DNA from: a virus
Lineage: Duplodnaviria; Caudoviricetes
Virus record (IMG/VR): IMGVR_UViG_3300032335_001108
Location: 1-27,483 of that record
Direction: 5' to 3' (one strand)
DNA length: 27,483 bases
Below are positions 25,701-27,483 of this stretch, piece after piece (position 1 is the first letter of the stretch; each line of letters opens with the position of its first letter). Position numbers and translations under genes: made by a program. The notes beneath the pieces were generated by a model. That model ran no database searches and had not been told where the DNA came from. It saw nothing but the letters and a program-made list of their open reading frames with translations.

Positions 25701-26085
25701 CGAGGACGAGGGGATAGCTGCCGTGCCTCTCCTGCGTGGCTTCGTCGGTAAAGGCAGCAAGTACCGCCCGACGAGTAATTTCTACGAAAACACCACCCAG
25801 ATGCAGGCCATAGACTACGCGTATAGGAACGACACAGACGAAGAAGTGGCGGCTATGCAAGAAAGGTACCCGGTAAAGGCAGACCCCCGAGTCGCAGAAG
25901 CCTACCACAACGCCGTGCTCGCCCTGAAAGCTATCAGCAAGGACCGCAACGAGGCTTTGGCGCTCTACCCGGATGATCCTGCGGAGAGAAAGCGCATCAT
26001 CGAAGCTGCGCGCGCGGACAGCAGTGAGGTCCACAAGAGCTTCAACCGCCTGTACAACCAAGTGCGCAAAGAGAAGGGCGTATAA
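19753..26085 (+). CDS. Large polyvalent ejection protein with zincin-like metallopeptidase motif and LPD38-like C-terminal region
   Basis: 2110 aa; HEALGH (22897-22914) plus downstream EEVLA; C-terminal DLTRRG..FFFSPTVEG, YVAIPLGF and NRNFFGSPI patterns of LPD38-bearing proteins; last gene of the virion operon. Confidence 0.75.
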   Translation: MGFDVAGARKAGYSDAEIAAHLAKQRKFDMAGARKAGYGDAEIVAYLAGKPAKKSGPFQGVVDVGAQALEGGLGFSRAVTDVFGASNPASDWLSERTEDVQGWLSPEAQRKRAASAARLEETKDGTIPEQIVGGFRAFGENPLGNIAQGVGSVAAPLALTAGAIASLPASAPAGAAALVGTGVAVGTGALAGAGSVKGSVYDAVYSAMTENNVPPAQAEEAAKRAQSYGGENLDQILLAAGIGGAAGVLGAETAAIRSSVIRRLTGGNVAEAAARQATKGLARRAGETAFIEGGTEGLQGGQEQFAQNLATRREGFDTPLMQGVAGSATLEGTIGALLGAGAGAMERTAPRAPTPDITEDGAPVGVDTSLPPAVPSATEGLFTPYTPRDRGPVRPITGDADIDAVLTSYGFNPENIAGVAPQQGEVVLPEGVAPATKRGRKAAPVAEAPLEAEAAPVEETVAIAPATKRGRKAAPVAEAAPVAEAAQVEEATPAERFDVAAVEAARALGLDYTGERVFTAAALMHRMEPDKLADIYAAAENEPLTRKTIEDAIKFVEGIGAPAKAASQADMPAAPKFSIVEGVDVIGDKQIPHYKAQVDGKTVSILSSLEEAQAKLVSLGAPPSAAPATAPLTPENYVAKAVEQAKELAPTSLDDPLQMKAFVAGAKAAATGKKVNPTSRKADQRDSYAAGAGAVALLQKAPQDTPAADLTPAPQAAPVIAPQVAPVEEAAPAPAPKAKKTKPVFTPDEVAQAAVEVINTGATEAGVASPLLDKNQMLAFVAGAKAAAEGKKVNPASRAADQRDAYTSGADTAKRFLDDWAAKRAALTEGVPVQQIPEKVKGIAAGRAAPDSGPRDFSKVNRQDQPEFFGDLDQAQEDIRKAITTAQNARKAGQIDNAGLTAVLAYGRPETEVRPDGTEKIIRNPNARLMLQELEKQKTRGTPEGISAEPSDFRTGREALYSDQPVEEGPPLPMGDVVKIVKAASRGWTNPPLINVVPSFKDLPEWMRKDADKNTVNGILGATVKQGREVYIIADRHSSREGVVATLFHEALGHSGLAKVFKERLRAVMSAIYNSNQNAKKAADEWLAARPKFRKNLPQPARLSYAVEEVLALGAQEGASKLSWYRGAMATVRNFIRSIGERAGLHLKYSDKDILAILAAAREEVETGVATRKPYNPDLPDEAMYASKGKGKAAPPAPPAPAYPADSAIDKQLAKTKVALNDAFADGARHDAKLAKVLGRPLAAHETLDEPLRMVRSMSAGIKQTVLHEFIQPLEEMMRKLGVDYNEFGLFLWARSAPDRNKMVADRSKDVPPPNNGSGLTNAEAAGHLQRFHAEGKLAKMQQLAKIHDALVDYLLAERVNAGLLSQDQAKNLRDEQPFYAALKGRAKAGDMLVSEDEDPHAEFDTPSQGMGGSEFIRARGRESVPLHPLVNLHADSSGVANSITKNAVLRRAVEQIDAFPTMERDVATYYTKSKPKIINGNKQNMISYARNNNEIYTAKVDGEPVYIEFRPTEGGAALRRAFENMKVKPLEGFMGGYASVASILRQALTTKNIAYLLGPAFIRDVLDSVTSAYAAETSAGSPALGKKLGNRVVKRMFTPAVMGAVRRYVRNEKGTTQAQQAMDRLMVQMIRDGGSVSQSLLSGAENIAKDVAKRAKRYESMSKGDPLALAKQGFHVVNGALDGIAHFNDLYGRFATYASALELGIGRKGAAALALNSSLDLTRRGTAAPVMDNLFFFFSPTVEGGRKFLNMAFTSKNGMKFMGGMFMLGALSTLWNYSMAGGDDDEDGRSNFRDVSKVTRQTRTVWFYGDGADDYVAIPLGFMGALPQYMGSKAMEAVIGETSPEEAGASITSSIADILSATFAALSPIRPTGGDVQEGAASVVPNVIKPFTDTMINRNFFGSPIHNQKYSNQVSDASSGRESTGAVWKWLAQTVNDMSGGAGTVPGKADFYPESYRYIFESLVGGSYKFVKDTVKFVSGTPEDEGIAAVPLLRGFVGKGSKYRPTSNFYENTTQMQAIDYAYRNDTDEEVAAMQERYPVKADPRVAEAYHNAVLALKAISKDRNEALALYPDDPAERKRIIEAARADSSEVHKSFNRLYNQVRKEKGV

Positions 26086-26118
26086 AAAAGACCCCCGTGT
26101 CGGCAGGACACGGGGGTC
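26084..26118 (-). terminator. Rho-independent terminator of the - strand unit (possibly bidirectional)
   Basis: Perfect 12-bp stem GACCCCCGTGTC/GACACGGGGGTC (26090-26118) with a 5-nt loop; A6 at 26084-26089 gives a U-tract on the - strand; lies between convergent genes. Confidence 0.9.
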
Positions 26119-26180
26119 AGTCAGGGAGGCGCGAGAGACATCGCGCAGGAGGGGAGCAACCACCCTCGAAGCGGACTCTA

Positions 26181-26399
26181 TCAAGTTCTCCAGATACGTA
26201 AACCCCGAACGTTGTCCTGCACTAGGACCTTCATCACTATTTTGAACCTTAGCTTGCGTGCTAGCCGCTTTACGTCCTTCTTCAACTGCACGCACTTTAG
26301 GCAGGGTATAAATACAGAGCGCCCCTTGGTGAAGGCATCCCAGTTAACCCGGTACTTAACCCCGTCTACGTTAATCAGCAGCGTCTGCAGCTGGAACAT
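26181..26399 (-). CDS. Small basic hypothetical protein
   Basis: 72 aa with GRSVFIPC..GLRIWRT pattern seen in small phage proteins; start overlaps the helicase 3' end. Confidence 0.7.
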   Translation of the reverse strand: MFQLQTLLINVDGVKYRVNWDAFTKGRSVFIPCLKCVQLKKDVKRLARKLRFKIVMKVLVQDNVRGLRIWRT

Positions 26400-27483
26400 C
26401 AGTCATATCCAAGAAGGCCCCTGCCCCCGCGTCGAACACGAGGCATTGCGCACCGGGGGAGGCAATCTTGGTCCCCTTTGCCATACGCTTAACCTCCGTA
26501 CGAAGGAAAATCCCCTTCATGTGGAGCTGCTCTAGGGTTTCCTTGTAGTTGATCTGCGTCTCCACACAGTCGTGCTTGAACGCCCGGCTAAGGACGTAGA
26601 GGAGCTTGGTGTCCGGCTCGTAGCGGATGATGAGCTCTCCCTTGGGCTCCCGCACCGGTAGCGTCGGCATGTTAGACCGCAGGTCCACGGAGTCGTTAAC
26701 GACGAGGACGTTCTGGATGTGGCGGTTGATGAAGTTAGCCAGCACGTCGGTGCTGGCCACGCTGGGCTGCAGGACGGGAGTATCAGTGCGCATACCGAGG
26801 ATGATCTCCTTGGCCTCTCTGTACACCGACTTCATGTTGAACTCGTGGATGCCAAGCTGCTTGGAGATAAGCCCCCCAGCGATATTAGCGGCCACAGTAC
26901 CAGACCAGAACCTCTCCCGCTGCGTGAGCCGCAGTTCGGTATCCAGCTTTTGCTGCACGAAGGCCAGCGTGCGCCTGCACTCCTCTAGGTTAGCGACGAC
27001 GAAAGCCATGTAGATGTCGCCCGCGTGGCCATAGTTCTCCATGAGGGTATGGTCGAACATATCCTTGCCTGTCGATGCGTCGATAGCGTCGGAGAAGTTA
27101 ATCTTGTACTCGATGAGCCGCATGACCTCCCCGTCAGCGTTGGTCTTGGAGGCGGCTATCTTCTCCATAAACGAAGCGTTGGAGCTGCAGAGTGAGATAG
27201 TAGACCACGTTGTAGCGTTGTAACGCAGTTCGTTGGAGGACTGCTTGACCCGGTCTTTACCCCGCCCCTGCGTCATGTTGTAGGCGAGGGTGGAGAAGTC
27301 CTTCGGGTTCATGTTGGTAAGTTCGTCGATGGTGTAGGGCAGGTGGCACATGAGCCCCAGCCGCATGACCTTGGCGTTGAACGTGTCATCGTTCACGACG
27401 CAGAGCCCGTCCGGAGAACCATACACACTGTTACACATACGCAAGATGGTCGTCTTACCGGTGCCGGAGTTGGGGTGGATGAG
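26371..27483 (-). CDS. DUF927-type P-loop helicase (primase-helicase C-terminal part), 5'-partial
   Basis: Frame is open to the window edge; Walker A SGTGKTT (27448-27468, upstream of the track's start), Walker B YTIDE, GRGKDR, SSN and ENYGHAG motifs. Confidence 0.8.
   Translation of the reverse strand, partial: LIHPNSGTGKTTILRMCNSVYGSPDGLCVVNDDTFNAKVMRLGLMCHLPYTIDELTNMNPKDFSTLAYNMTQGRGKDRVKQSSNELRYNATTWSTISLCSSNASFMEKIAASKTNADGEVMRLIEYKINFSDAIDASTGKDMFDHTLMENYGHAGDIYMAFVVANLEECRRTLAFVQQKLDTELRLTQRERFWSGTVAANIAGGLISKQLGIHEFNMKSVYREAKEIILGMRTDTPVLQPSVASTDVLANFINRHIQNVLVVNDSVDLRSNMPTLPVREPKGELIIRYEPDTKLLYVLSRAFKHDCVETQINYKETLEQLHMKGIFLRTEVKRMAKGTKIASPGAQCLVFDAGAGAFLDMTDVPAADAAD

Noticed and set aside
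25973-27223. + strand ORFs overlapping the terminator and helicase
   Set aside because: Antisense to a motif-bearing helicase or crossing the terminator; no SD or recognisable features.

Overview
GC-rich segment of a tailed dsDNA phage or prophage with a podovirus-like, P22-style tail and ejection module. The two-component spanin pair implies a Gram-negative host. Bases 1-26085 form one tightly packed + strand late operon. In order it encodes a tail fibre and its chaperone-like partner, small basic proteins, two adaptor-like paralogues, two free-standing homing endonucleases (HNH-like and LAGLIDADG), a lysis cassette (M15 peptidase endolysin, holin, overlapping Rz/Rz1), a 952-aa modular repeat fibre, a hub/nozzle and a needle-like protein. 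It ends with four low-complexity putative ejection proteins, the last a 2110-aa polyvalent protein. This operon converges, across a 95-nt three-hairpin spacer, on a - strand replication unit (partial DUF927-type P-loop helicase plus a small ORF). The most striking observation is a small helical protein with a DDxxD (isoprenoid-synthase-like) motif, translationally coupled inside the ejection cluster where P22/T7-like phages carry a GNAT-like gene. This suggests possible prenylation of ejection proteins. Also notable are a Gln-rich protein with a clean 11-residue (hendecad) periodicity like the phiX174 H DNA tube, a shared [FYM]AxGG tag in several internal proteins, and a candidate anti-Shine-Dalgarno 3'-UTR sRNA. 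All calls come from reading motifs and gene order by eye; no searches were run.
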